Positions 63,851 through 64,000 of a DNA stretch of 64,000 nt are shown here, one piece after another. The translations under genes were made by a program, and so were the position numbers. The DNA comes from Anolis carolinensis (lineage: Eukaryota). The notes beneath the pieces were generated by a model. The model ran no database searches, had not been told where the DNA came from, and was given only the letters and a program-made list of their open reading frames with translations. Positions within the stretch are counted from its first letter, which is position 1, and every line of letters starts with the position of its first letter. The stretch is from assembly GCF_035594765.1 (NCBI RefSeq), contig NC_085841.1, forward strand, positions 14,615,636 to 14,679,635, given 5' to 3'.

Positions 63851-64000
63851 AAATAAAAAAATGACATGACTTTGCTACAGTGTCAGTGTGAGGAACAAAA
63901 GACAAAGAAGAGCAAAGGCATAAAGCTAAGACTACGTGCTTCCTTCATAGGGGAAATTGGAACATTATTGACGGTGATGGAAAATGTATTTGAAAAGAAG

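Overview
AT-rich, repeat-dense vertebrate DNA. The repeat content (Anolis-SINE2-like SINEs, CR1, L2, RTE, URR1-like hAT and mariner MITEs) points to a squamate, probably an Anolis lizard (inference). I found no intact host-gene exon, so the window looks intergenic or deep intronic; there are two N gaps. The main feature is a very young minus-strand BEL/Pao LTR retrotransposon (11513-18123) with 716-bp LTRs that are identical by eye and a TTATT target-site duplication. Its single 1389-aa ORF keeps Gag, protease and the front of integrase. RT/RNase H is deleted in frame and the integrase catalytic Glu region is lost. It has no tRNA-type PBS. Instead, the 14 nt directly after the 5' LTR are complementary (13/14) to a site inside its own LTR, and pairing ends exactly at the LTR edge. 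That is the geometry of Tf1-type self-primed reverse transcription, here in a BEL/Pao element. The window also holds a processed FAM193B pseudogene, an internally deleted DIRS1-type element with intact ITR/ICR, a Helitron, a 118-bp near-perfect palindrome inside a MITE, an array of GC-rich hairpin units, and many nested insertions. Family names come from motif recognition, not database searches.
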